Of a stretch of DNA of 64,000 nucleotides, positions 1-11,729 are shown piece after piece. The notes beneath the pieces are model-generated. The model ran no database searches, was not told where the DNA came from, and was given only the letters and a program-made list of their open reading frames with translations. The position numbers were made by a program, and so were the translations under genes. The stretch covers positions 8,742,001 to 8,806,000 of the forward strand of contig CP075492.1 of the NCBI GenBank assembly GCA_021613535.1, given 5' to 3'. The stretch's first letter is position 1, and every line of letters starts with the position of its first letter. Source of the DNA: Adineta vaga (lineage: Eukaryota > Animalia > Rotifera).

Positions 1-1263
1 TCATCTAGATACAAGTTTTTGAAAAAGACTTTAAACTATTGATAGAAAAGAGAACGTACGGTGAATTGCGCACTGCCACTCTTTCTGATCGATGATTCAT
101 GTTCATGTTCAAGTCTTGCTAAATTTCGTGGTCGTCGACCAACATTTTCATGTGGATAACAATTTATTTTATATTGACTTGGTTCTACCAAACTAAAGAA
201 AATAATTCCAATATCATTCTTTGTAAACCTAACAGCTTTATATATTTTTACTTAAATGCAGATATTTTACAAAGTTGTGGTGAAGCAATAACTATTTCAT
301 AGTGACATGATGATACTTCTTGAATACTCATAATTCCATTTCGACCATTTTCATGACACACTAAACGAAAAAAGACTCCATTTTTCTTCGCCTATCAATA
401 GAATTCTCGATCTTACTATAGAGTACAACTGTTTCACGTGGACTATCTGAATTTAAGTCACAATTAGTTCCATGTGTATAACGAACTTCCAACATTGGCA
501 TTTCACGATTATCAAATGTTTTATAAAGAATCTATATAACATTCAATTTCATAAAAATAAGCTTGAAAAAGATTGATTTAAATCTTTTACTCGAGTGACT
601 GCTTGATCTTGATCATTGACGAGTTTTTCTTGACTAGCTGCATGATAATAACCGAGAAAATATTCTTGATGCATTGTTTTCTATTCAAATCTATATTGAT
701 GATCATCAAACAAAAAAAAGAATTATTCTTACTTTGCCTGCTACTTTTGTTTCATGATATTGTCGAATATGCATTCCATGACATAATTCATATGTCCAAT
801 ATGGATCTAACTGTAGAATTGTGAATTATAGATGAATACCATGATTTTAATTCATGTTTAAACTTACGCGATAAGTGCATGTTGTTGCTGCTTGAGAATG
901 TAAATTTTGAAAGAATGATTCTAATTCCGTATTCAAAATATAATCTGGTAATGTCTATCGAGAACGAGGATAGATGTTGCAATGAAAGGAAAAGAATTCT
1001 TATTTACTGTATCTGTGGATTGAGTTGTTGGTAAAACACAAGAATATGTTTCTTTTCGTTTGGACGTGAAGATAAAACTATTTGCTAAATCCAATGACTA
1101 AAAATAAATTCTAATGAATAAAACGAGATAGGGTTGTTCAATGGTATACGGAAGTGATTTCTCGTTGCCATTTTATATCATAGAGTATATCATCGTCTAA
1201 GATGGTTTGCGTGAACGAAATGAACAAGATTATTGCGAGAATTGATTGGAAGAACAACGACAT
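1..1263 (-). CDS. ERLEC1: Endoplasmic reticulum lectin 1 (XTP3-B, OS-9 family MRH-domain lectin); 5' part, runs off the window start
   Basis: Manual splicing of short exons from ATG at 1263 gives a signal peptide [20 protein letters not shown], then [50 protein letters not shown] and [19 protein letters not shown]. These match the first MRH domain of ERLEC1. Not captured by the ORF track. Confidence 0.9.
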
Positions 1264-1509
1264 TATTATTGATCTGTCAAGTAAGGATTGATCATTTTTG
1301 CACACTCGAATGAATTAGCTCATCATCATTTATTTCCTGTAAGCGAAGCATTGGGTTATAGAACGATCCAATGATGCTTTGAAGCGACCTCTTTTCCAAA
1401 TGTATCGATCATAACACATATCAATCAAAGTTTATTAGTCAATAAAAGAAAAACGTCTATTTCTAGTAAATTCTACTCTTGTCAACAGAATTCCAAAGAA
1501 TGACTAAAG

Positions 1510-2829
1510 TTACATAGATTCAGATTCACTAGTGTGAAAGTTTATACATGTTTCAGTAGCAATCGCCAGTATATCCGATGTGAATTGATTAATACGATAT
1601 GGAGTTGGTTGATATGTAATTCGTTGAATTAATTTTCCATCTGCAGATACATGCAATAAGTGATTTCCATGCAAATCCGGAATTAGCCATTCATTTGATT
1701 CAATTGAACAACAGCGTAGCGCAGTAGTTTTATCATAATTAGTATGTAGGACAAATGACCAAATTTGATGAAATGTTTTAGTCGACCGCAAATCGACACG
1801 TATCGTTTTTTTCGTTCTATTTCGAATTGATAGTACCAATGTTCCATTGTTGTAAACAATACTTTCGATAAATTCATCCGCTGCACATGTTTCAGGTGAT
1901 TTCCATTCTTTGATGATCATCATTGGTGACGATAGTCCTATTTGTACGATCGATGAGCCCCATTCTTCCGTTGATAAGTATAGATATTCATGTGAACAAG
2001 TACAGGAAAACCATTTTTGCTTCGGTAATGTTTGCACAAGATCTATAGACAATAAATTTTCGCCAACAAGAAAAAGATTGTCATTGGTCAATAATAAAAA
2101 GCGATCCAATGTAGACGACCAACACATATCATAGAGTGTGCCATGTAGCCAAATAATTTCTTTGACTTTGGACAAAGTAGTGTCCAACAAACACAAATTC
2201 GGAACTTGATGCAATAATAAGAATTGATCATTACTGGTCAATGAATACCAACTACCTCTTGGATATGTAACTGTTCTACGGATAGAAGAGAAAATAGATG
2301 CATCGAATGGTTGCACATTAGTTTCTCGGATTTGAACTATAGTATCGTCTATTTCTAATGGCGAACTATGAATTGACAAAGTTACTTGTTCAATTTTGCT
2401 TATATCTCGTTCTAAACGATTGATGGTTGCGGAAAGATTATTAAGATCTCGTTGAGTTACTTCTTGTTCACGAGTAAATTTAGATAATTTTGTTCGTATA
2501 TCAAGAATTTTTTCTTGTTGTTTTTCAATTTTCATCGTAACGAGATGTTGAAGTTCCTTTTGCTTTTGTTCGAAAAAGAAATCAATCGTTTGATGACATT
2601 CTGTACGCCATTGTTCAAGAGCTTGATGACCATCACGTACTTTGCCATGAAAATCATATATATTGAGTCGTTCACCAAGACTATTTAATGTATCAATGAA
2701 TGGATTCAATTGAGTAACTAGTAGTTCATTATGTTCATGTAAATGTTGTAAACAAAGATTTTGATTACAACAATCACATACAGCACGCGATGTTCGTTCG
2801 CATTTTTGTATAGTACATGGTTGAGACAT
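1510..2829 (-). CDS. Intronless B-box-like zinc finger / coiled-coil / beta-propeller-like protein (439 aa), paralog 1
   Basis: The start is probably MSQPC at 2829, because the upstream poly-Ile is an (AAT)n microsatellite and the paralog also starts MSQPC. N-terminal C-x4-C-x7-C-x-CC-x4-C-x2-H-x3-H, a helical Q/E/K-rich segment, then beta-rich repeats (DMCWSS, WFSCTCS). Confidence 0.85.
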   Translation of the reverse strand: MSQPCTIQKCERTSRAVCDCCNQNLCLQHLHEHNELLVTQLNPFIDTLNSLGERLNIYDFHGKVRDGHQALEQWRTECHQTIDFFFEQKQKELQHLVTMKIEKQQEKILDIRTKLSKFTREQEVTQRDLNNLSATINRLERDISKIEQVTLSIHSSPLEIDDTIVQIRETNVQPFDASIFSSIRRTVTYPRGSWYSLTSNDQFLLLHQVPNLCLLDTTLSKVKEIIWLHGTLYDMCWSSTLDRFLLLTNDNLFLVGENLLSIDLVQTLPKQKWFSCTCSHEYLYLSTEEWGSSIVQIGLSSPMMIIKEWKSPETCAADEFIESIVYNNGTLVLSIRNRTKKTIRVDLRSTKTFHQIWSFVLHTNYDKTTALRCCSIESNEWLIPDLHGNHLLHVSADGKLIQRITYQPTPYRINQFTSDILAIATETCINFHTSESESM

Positions 2830-2831
2830 AT

Positions 2832-2859
2832 TAATAATAATAATAATAATAATAATAAT
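2832..2859. repeat. (AAT)n microsatellite immediately upstream of the paralog 1 start codon
   Basis: taataataataataataataataat visible directly. Confidence 0.9.
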
Positions 2860-3231
2860 GAAAGAACGTTTTTTTACATCGTCGGCAGTCGTGAGAAGAA
2901 CGAAAAACACGAATACTCGATGTTTACTTACACGCGTGATTCAATCTCTAGTTTTTTTTCACCAATGTGAGAGTAAAGGTTATCATAGAATTGAAAAGTT
3001 AGTAACATATCTGAAGAACAATATAAGAAATATAATGATAACTTTTCGAAATAAAGTACAAAATTCATTCTACTTATCTTGTTTATTCGAATTATAAATC
3101 TGGCAAATTCAAAGTGGTCTTTTTGACTTTTTAATCAATAATAAAAATCTTTCAAAACATGATTTACACGCTTGTTAAATATTACATGCATTCTTGATCA
3201 AATTGAAGAAGTGAAATGTGTCAATTTTTTT

Positions 3232-4542
3232 TCATAATATCTTATGAAAATTTGTTCCGTATTCATCAGCTACGACCAAGAAATTTGAACTAAACAAAGC
3301 AACACGATACGGAGTTGTATGGTACGGAATTTTCATCTTAATTCTTCCATCATTTGTTATGTGAATTAAACATCGAGCTTTGAAATCAGCTACTAACCAT
3401 TCGTTATAGTTGATGGTACAGCAACGAATTGATATAGATTCGTCGCAAACAACATTAAGCGAAAGCATCCATATATGTTCGAATGTATCTGAAGATCTTA
3501 ACTCAAAACGTACGGTCTTTTCCAACACATTTGAGATTATTAGAGCAAGTTTCTTTTCATTGCTATAAACAAGATCATCAATACGATCACGCTTTTCCCA
3601 TATGTTAGGAACATTCCATTCATCAATGCATTTTACTGACGGATGCATGAGAAATTTAACAACCGAAGGTTGAATATCATACGTTGACAAAAACAAGAAA
3701 TCATCAGAACATGTACATGAGAACCATCGACGTTTCTCACCTAGTTGTAGAGTACGAATATTCATTGTGTTTTCATCGATGGTATAAATATTATTTTTGG
3801 CTATTATTATAAAACAAGCTAATATTGATGACCAGCACATATCAAAAATTGTGTCTTCAAAATGTAAACTTTGTTTTGCAATTGTCATCTCTCGATCGAT
3901 TAAACATAAACTAGATGTCGGTTGTATCATCACATAACGATGATTAGTAGTGATTATTTTGCATTTGTTAGGAAGACGTTGAATTGTTTTATGTATCGGT
4001 GGAAACTTAGATAAATCAAGCACTTGCTCAGTGAATCTATTTAGTTCAATCAATGAATCATCTATCGTAAGCGGACGAGTTCGAATTTGAAAACATGCTT
4101 TTTCGATAGAATTCAAGTCTGTTGTAAGCTGACGAATAAGTGATGTTAACGAATCAATATCGTGTTGAGTTGCTTCTTGTTCATGGGCTAGTTCAGTTAA
4201 TTTAACTTGAGTGTTGATGGCACTTTTCCGTTGGCTATCCAATTTGTCTGTAATAAGACGATCACATTCTTGACATTTTTCTTCAAAATATTGGTCTATT
4301 TTCTGGTGACAATCCACACGCCATTTGTCTAATTTTCCACGGCAATCATTCATAATATCTTGGCTATTCAATGCATTCAAACGATCACTGAGTACATTGA
4401 TTCCATCAGTTAAAGGACTTAATTGAGAGACTAAAAAGTCATTATGTTCATTTAAATGCTGAAGGCAAAGATTTTTTTGGCAACAATGACATAATGCTCG
4501 TGAGTAACGTTTACATTCCAAAATGGTACACGGCTGAGACAT
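3232..4542 (-). CDS. Intronless B-box-like zinc finger / coiled-coil / beta-propeller-like protein (436 aa), paralog 2
   Basis: Single ORF colinear with 1510..2829 (MSQPCTI..C..QKNLCLQHL.EH, DMCWSS, WFSCTCS, RCC.I..NEWL, TPYR, NFH). Confidence 0.88.
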   Translation of the reverse strand: MSQPCTILECKRYSRALCHCCQKNLCLQHLNEHNDFLVSQLSPLTDGINVLSDRLNALNSQDIMNDCRGKLDKWRVDCHQKIDQYFEEKCQECDRLITDKLDSQRKSAINTQVKLTELAHEQEATQHDIDSLTSLIRQLTTDLNSIEKACFQIRTRPLTIDDSLIELNRFTEQVLDLSKFPPIHKTIQRLPNKCKIITTNHRYVMIQPTSSLCLIDREMTIAKQSLHFEDTIFDMCWSSILACFIIIAKNNIYTIDENTMNIRTLQLGEKRRWFSCTCSDDFLFLSTYDIQPSVVKFLMHPSVKCIDEWNVPNIWEKRDRIDDLVYSNEKKLALIISNVLEKTVRFELRSSDTFEHIWMLSLNVVCDESISIRCCTINYNEWLVADFKARCLIHITNDGRIKMKIPYHTTPYRVALFSSNFLVVADEYGTNFHKIL

Positions 4543-5855
4543 TCGTATGTGAACGAGAAAATACTATATTTCTCCAACAGAGTCTTATCTGCTGATTTAA
4601 ATATTGCGAAGGCAGACAGATAGAAGAGAAATATACAATTGGAAGTAAATAGAACGACAGTTACCGAAAGGTGTCGTAGCATATCGTATTAGAACATAGC
4701 TTAATGGTACGAGCTATATTATCTACAATAGTATAATAGATTCGAAGTAATAAGTTCATAACTTTCATCTTGTAAACTAGTAGTATATAATTCCAATGAA
4801 AATAATATCAATATTCATTGTAAAGAAATCGTCAACATTTGGTATAAGAAAGAAAATGTTCAGGATAAATCAAAGAAACATAATAATAATCTTAGCTATG
4901 CGAAAGTATCATGTAGCATCCTTCACAACTCATCATTGCGTAAGCAAATACTTATTTAATTCATTTAGTATATCATATTAATATGATTAGAATTCAAGAT
5001 GTCCAAGAATCCACTGTATAGTTCTACATTTGTTAGTATAAAGTAAATTACCTTTTTTTTAGTGTACTTCTAGTTAAATAAATGTAAAAATTCGATAAAT
5101 CCTTAGGTTGTTCATTTCAATGAATTCTCGAGAGAAAAAGAAGGTTTTCTCTATTTTTTCAGTACATCTAAGTGCATTATCATTTATCAGAAATAGACAT
5201 AACAAACATCACAAACATCACCTAATCGATTCCATCTGCAGTCTGGATTTTTTCCGACATGAAACCTGATGAAAGATATCGTAGAAACGCAAGAAAACAT
5301 AGAATAGTGAGACTTTATTTTTTAGAATATCATGAATTCTGATGAATAAAAGAATGGTTTTCTATGTGTACTCCTTTAATTCTTCATTTCAACGAACAAA
5401 ATATCTAAGCTAATCGAGCAATTATTTTTCTTAACGTTAACTATCAATCGAGCGTTAACTTGCTAAAACTTGATCAACAATAATCGAATAACACATATAA
5501 CATATTCAGTAAATAATCATATTATCAATGCATGAACGAGATTGGTTCTCAGTTGATCTTATCATTCACCATCAATTAACACTTTACTTTTCATTTCTAT
5601 ACGTATCAAGATCTCACTACTGTTCGAATTTAGTTCATATCAATATATTAGAATAGATTATTCTCTCTCTCTCTCTGTTAACTTTGAGAATAATACTAGA
5701 TATTATATAAAAAGAATACGAAGAAAAACAATGTAGGTTGGGGGTACTCGTTAAAAGATAGTAGCATAGTGGGAAGAATCTTTAGGTTTTGCTTATTATG
5801 TAAAGGAACTGTCATCATCAATGATGATTATATCGACATCATCTACGTTTTTTTG

Positions 5856-5890
5856 TCTCTCTCTCTCTCTCTCGCTCTCTCTCTCTCTCT
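5856..5890. repeat. (CT)n microsatellite
   Basis: Interrupted CT dinucleotide run. Confidence 0.85.
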
Positions 5891-7295
5891 ACCGAATGAT
5901 TCCTTACATATAAACATGACGAGTAAAAAAGAGTAACACTCATCATCACAAAGCAGACGACTCGAGCTAGTGTATAACATCTTATCAATTCAGATCAACC
6001 TGAGCGTCACTGACACTCTAACACGTCGATTATCATTTCATATAAATTCAATATCTCTATCATCGAATTAGTTTTTGACATTATTGGACAAAAAGAAAGA
6101 TACACAACAGCAACGAAGAATAACAATCTCTCCTTGTTTTTCTTAACTGACGAAAGCTTTATGACGTGGTAAGTCATCCGAAAAAAAAACAATATGTATA
6201 CAGATAAAGAGTCTACTTTTCTCGCTGACAAATTATTTAAAGGTCATCTTATTCGATGAAAAAACACTCAGAGAAACTCTATCGGAATTTTGATAGTTTT
6301 TACAGCAAATGATATTTTTCTTCGGTGTTTTTTTTTGTTGCGATGAAACAATAATAGTTGAGTTAACTAGATTATTTATATCCTGATCTGATATTAATAA
6401 AAATCTGCATATCATGAAACGACAATATCAACAGAGGAATACATTATCTGTCACATCGTATAGAACTGATAGATTTATTTTCAGAAATCCTTTGATGCAT
6501 TTTTCTTTTTGTTGATTAGACATGGCAAATTCTTTCTTTTTTTGCCTAAGAATCTCGAACATCTGCATGTAACAGAACAAAAAGATGTATTAGAACGACT
6601 GCATAATGATAATCCTAAATGAATAGCTCTCTCAATCATCAAACCATTTGTTGCATAGAGACGGAAAGAAGGAAAAAAAAGAACAGAAATAAGAGTATGA
6701 TCTCTATTGTTATGATCTATTCGCTATTTTTCCTCCGTTTTTCTACGATTGATACGCCAACTCATTGGCACGACGAAGACATTCTTCATCCATAAATATC
6801 ATCCAGACTTAGTTATGTGTACACACATGGATAACAGAAGAGAAGAGAAGAGACAAGAAGAGAAAAGAAAAATTAGTTTGGTTTTCCCATTTGTCGATAC
6901 ACGTACATAGGTCACACCCAAAGGAAAAAAGAATCCTCTTTTCTTCTTTTCTTCCACTACGTTAGAGATATCAGACGAAGAGATCGGAAACGCATTTCTA
7001 ATTGAAGAGTGTTTTCTTTCTCTTTTCCTTTTTTTTTTGACCGAACGCTTGCTATCGCGTTGGTCAAATGTTTTCTCATTAGGATATTTCTGCCATTTTC
7101 TTCTTGTCTTTATCTTCGTCTTCGTCTTTTTCTTCTTCTCTGTTACACGCATCATGTTGTTGCCTGCGCTTGATAAAAGAACATCTCGACTGCTATAACA
7201 AAATACGTTGTTGACATTTGACGAAGAAAAAGAAATATGAACATTATAATCTCTGCTGTGTCCGTGTGTGTGTGTACTAGTGACTAGAATAGAAT

Positions 7296-10086
7296 ATGTT
7301 AGGAGATCGGAAAACTGTTGTTTTACGGGGTGGTGCTCCCTGGGGTTTCCGACTTTCTGGTGGCGGCCAAACACCTGTTTATATTGCCAAGGTATTTCCT
7401 CATTGTATTTTTGTATAGATTCGAACAGTAAATGAATGAATATTTATTTGATTATTTAGGTTCGAAGTCGAAGCAAGGCAGCATATGGTGGTCTTGCAGC
7501 AGGTGATACAATTGTCTCAGTTAATGGTATTCCTTCAGGACAACAATCATTACGTGAAATAAATGATATAATTGATACTGTTCGTGATCAACTTATTATC
7601 GAAGTACAAAGGTATTGATGAGAAAGAAAAGCAATCGAGAATTTTTTGTTTTAATTTTCATCATGTTTTTTTTCTAATAGTACGGCTGGTTTCCGTGGTT
7701 TTCGACTCGATTCGGGTTCAAGTATTGATACAAGAGAAAGTAGTCCCGTTCGACCATTGAATCGACTAACACCACAGCCAAAACAAATGGATTATTTTCA
7801 GTATACATCATCACGTACAACGCCAACTTATCCAATGTATTCATCAACTCCAACTACAAATTACTTCGATAGCACTAATTCAATAAATCGAGATCAACGT
7901 TATACGGATTCGTATGGACGTTCAGTTACCAGTCCGTTATCCGCTATATTTCGAACAGCAACAATTACAACAAATTCACCTCAAACGCCAAAAGCAACTG
8001 CTCGCATACAACAATTTACTCATCGACCATCGACATCAAATAGTACGTACGATACACCACGAACGACAACAAGTGGTTATGTATCAGATACCAATGACTT
8101 TTGTCGCTCATCAATATCTGTTCGTCCATTCAATCATAATGGATCAACTTCATCATCAGCAACAACTACTACTACAAATATTCGACATGTGGTCAATCAA
8201 CAACCATCTTTTATACCGTCAACAACAGTATACAGTAATAAAAACGCAGCAGGTAGTGAGCAAAATTATTTTAGCGATTCAGAATATATGACATCTGGCC
8301 CACGTTATTATAAAATTACTCGATTAGTTAATACTAGTCGACGACCCAGTAATGTTGTATTACCCATTCGTTCAATGACAAGTAAAGCATATGATCAGTA
8401 TGTACCACCTGACCCACCAAAACCACAACCACCACCATTTGATGTATATCGTTATCAACAAGAACAACAACGTCTCGAACAACAACGTCTAGAACGAGAG
8501 CGTCTCGAACGAGAACGTCCGAACGAGAACGTCTAGAACGAGAACGAGACCGTGAACGTGAAAGACAAGAACAGTTGCAACGACAGTTATATTTGCAGCA
8601 ACAACAGCAAGCAAATATGCCTCGATTTAATCCGCCACCAAAACTTACCTTACCTACCGAACCAATGATTGATCGTGAACTTGGTGCTGAATTACTTGCT
8701 TCACCTACAGCGAATAGTAAGTTTTTGCTTTTGATAAAACAGTATAATAGAAAACGAAAAACGCTTTTCCTTTTACAGAGAAACGCTATGCGGATTCTAG
8801 CTTCTTTCAAACTCAATATAATACATATCCAACTATTGAAGAACAGAAAAAGATGGCTCGTAAAATTGCAGCAATTCTTGAAAGTGGTGATCCAACTCAG
8901 AAAGGTTCAACAAAATTTGAAAAACAACGTGAACGAGCAGAAAAATTTACTATTGAATCGGACAGTAATAATTATCGACCGTTACGCCCTTTACAAACTG
9001 ATACATCTTCATATGCTACTACTAGTAGTTATCATCAACAAACATATTATAATTCACCAAATGTACCTGACTGTATTAAACATAGTTTAGATGAAGCTCA
9101 ATATATTAATCCATTAAGATATGTTGGAGCACCAGAAGAATTCAAACAAATTCATATGCAGGTATGATTTTAATATAGAATGATCTCTCTGTTTCCTACA
9201 GAATCGTATTATTTAGGAACATGTAACGCATACAAGTGTTCCGCCACAAATAGCTATGAGTATTGTAGATGATTTAAATCAAAGTCGCGGTAAAGGTGCA
9301 GCATTATTTCAAAAACGTAAAGCTCGATCGGACAAATGGGTGATCGATGAAAATAATGTTAAAAAACAAGGTTATCGACCACCACAGCCAACAACATCCT
9401 ATATGGGCGTAAGTGTATTTAGATATAACAAATACTATTATTATATAATTGTTTTATTTCTTTAGACAGCAGCGAAACCATGGGGACAGCGTGCACCTTC
9501 ATGGTCTGATAGTGAGGGACCGAGTTTTTCACCTATACGAACACCATTTAATCCTCCACCTCCTCCTACTTCTATTCTTCCTGAACCGATTTTATCACCG
9601 ACACCACCGCCATCACAAACTGGACCACGATTTGGAGATTTCAATGCCAAACCGAAAGGTTTCGGTACTTGGAATGCTGAAAGTAAGATTCTATATCCAA
9701 TACAAATAGAATTATACTTCTTCATCGATAGATTCATCTTCACGTGGAGGTAATGATAATCGAAAACCACTCAATCTTAATATTGAACCAAGTATACGTG
9801 AAGGTAAGAGCATTCTTCTATTTATTTTCAATAGACCAACGAGTACCTCAATATTTGTCATTTAGGTATTGCCGAATCCCATACCCGAATTGCTTCTCAA
9901 CCATGGTCGCCACCATATAATTCCCAACCAATATTTTCTCCAACTCAACAGCAAACGAATCCTAATTATTTTAATTATCCATCACAACAATACAATGGTT
10001 ATAATCAACGAAGTAATAATAACATGAGTCCAAATCCATATAGTTCAAATCAACGATCGCAACAACAAAATTTCACCGACCTGTAG
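7296..10086 (+). CDS. PDZ-domain synaptopodin-2/myozenin(calsarcin)-like muscle Z-disc protein; multi-exon, apparent 1-nt frame break at ~8519
   Basis: Exon 1 MLGDRKTVVLRGGAPWGFRLSGGG and exon 2 SKAAYGGLAAGDTIVSVNG form a PDZ domain. Later YPTIEEQKKMARKIAAIL, KGSTKFEKQRERAEKF and KGAALFQKRKARSDKWVIDE are synaptopodin/calsarcin-type motifs. Ends QNFTDL* at 10086. Confidence 0.8.
8471..8545 (+). repeat. 15-bp coding tandem repeat (RLEQQ/RLERE) with one 14-bp unit
   Basis: cgtctcgaacaacaa cgtctagaacgagag cgtctcgaacgagaa cgtccgaacgagaa cgtctagaacgagaa. Confidence 0.9.
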
Positions 10087-10795
10087 AAGCTTTTCTTTTT
10101 TTGTGTCTATTAACACTCACATACATACTCACCTGCACACACATACACACACATACCAAACTCGGTGAAAGAAATCAATAACTTATACTCGCTCAATACA
10201 TTTACTATTTAATGATGAGCATGATTCGTTTCTCCTAAGCAAATGTTTGTAGTCTAGACTGAGAAAATCTCATCATTTCCCTCGCTTTTCTTTGTTCTAT
10301 TTACTTGATTTTTTTCGATGAAGTTTGCTTGTGTGTGCGTGCGTGTGCATATGTGTGCATGTCTCTTTTACAGTATGGTACAGTAATTATTTATATACTT
10401 ATATTCACCAACAACGATTGTTCTAAATAAATTTCTTTCTTATGCGCAGAAAAATAGAGAGAAGAAGGAATTTATAGAAATAACATCTTTATTTTATATT
10501 TCTATCAGCGAAAGTAATCAAAATTTATATATATATATATATACAAGAAGAATTACTGTGATTTATTTGTTTATATTTCTGTCTGCACAGTTGGTATAAA
10601 TCGCGTATTAGATTTCTTCAACTCACAGTCTACTACAGTTGATAATAGCATTGATTTGCTCTTTTCTTTCTATATATCTCTATCATCGTTTTGTTATCAA
10701 AATTAGTCATATCATTTTCTATAAGTAGAAAAGATTGTATCTATTTTTAATGATATTTACAATTTAGAAACAACAGAAAAGGAAAAGGAAATTTA

Positions 10796-11116
10796 TTACC
10801 ATTGTTCAACTTCATCTTTCTTTTTCTTTTCGCCACCTAATATAAAAACTCTTGTGCGTTTCAAAGCCACTTGATGTATATGATGACATTCACTACATTC
10901 TAAACGTAATACAATTTTCTTCGTTGTTTTGGATTTTTTATGAAAAATTGGTCTCGCTTGACCACCAAAACCTTGTTGTTTCACACCATAACGACGTCTA
11001 CCTTGGGAAAATTTTCTCGGTCGACCTTGCTTGTATTGTGATACTCTATGCACTGTATGCTTTCTGCAAGTGTTTCGTTTGCAAAAGGTACGACGTATTT
11101 TTGGTGTATTGACCAT
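10796..11116 (-). CDS. RPL36A: 60S ribosomal protein eL42 (L36a/L44), divergent intronless copy
   Basis: [40 protein letters not shown] and LGGEKK; the four Zn-ribbon Cys are retained. Confidence 0.93.
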   Translation of the reverse strand: MVNTPKIRRTFCKRNTCRKHTVHRVSQYKQGRPRKFSQGRRRYGVKQQGFGGQARPIFHKKSKTTKKIVLRLECSECHHIHQVALKRTRVFILGGEKKKKDEVEQW

Positions 11117-11729
11117 GTTGTATAAAATAAAATAAAAATTCTATGAATTTTTTAAGTTTTCAAGCATATAAATACCACGTAGTATTACGAAATCTTTCGT
11201 ATAATTGCAAAATTCTTAATATTATTGCAAGTTTGTTTTCTTTTTTTCCAATGGTGAATCAATAACTTTAATGATTATTAGTCGCGTATCAGAACGATAC
11301 AGAACATGCATAGTGTTAACAGATCGACTTTCCCAAGTTTGAATATTTTTGACGAACAAATAAGAATTATTTTACTCGTTTCCTATTCAATGGTATGGCG
11401 TATATAACATATGTAAACATTATTTTTTTGTTCGGTGTTTTCGTCTAGCACATGTGTTACTATCAATAAGATATTCGCTAGAATTGAAGATCTACTTAGA
11501 AGTATAATACACATAAATATGACCTTGTCCTTTGTTGGTTGATTAAAGGCGGCTATGAGCATAATACAATATGGAAAATTCGAATTTGGCTTCATATATT
11601 CGGACAACCCATCTGAGGGCGAACTGTAATACGTGATAATACGCTACAGAAGTAGAATATTATGTTTATTATTTACTGTGCGTGGAGAGAAGCTAGTTTT
11701 AAGAGAAACAATATTTATTTTTTAAAGTA

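Noticed and set aside
2830-2910. 27-aa N-terminal extension with poly-Ile in ORF 1510..2910
   Set aside because: Produced by an (AAT)n microsatellite and a non-ATG start; the paralog begins at MSQPC.
6799-7374. 191-aa minus-strand ORF
   Set aside because: Low-complexity K/R/F sequence from purine/pyrimidine tracts, antisense to the promoter and first exon of the PDZ gene.
8334-8816. ORF with poly-Cys and RS repeats resembling an SR or metal-binding protein
   Set aside because: Antisense shadow of the Gln- and ER-repeat coding strand.
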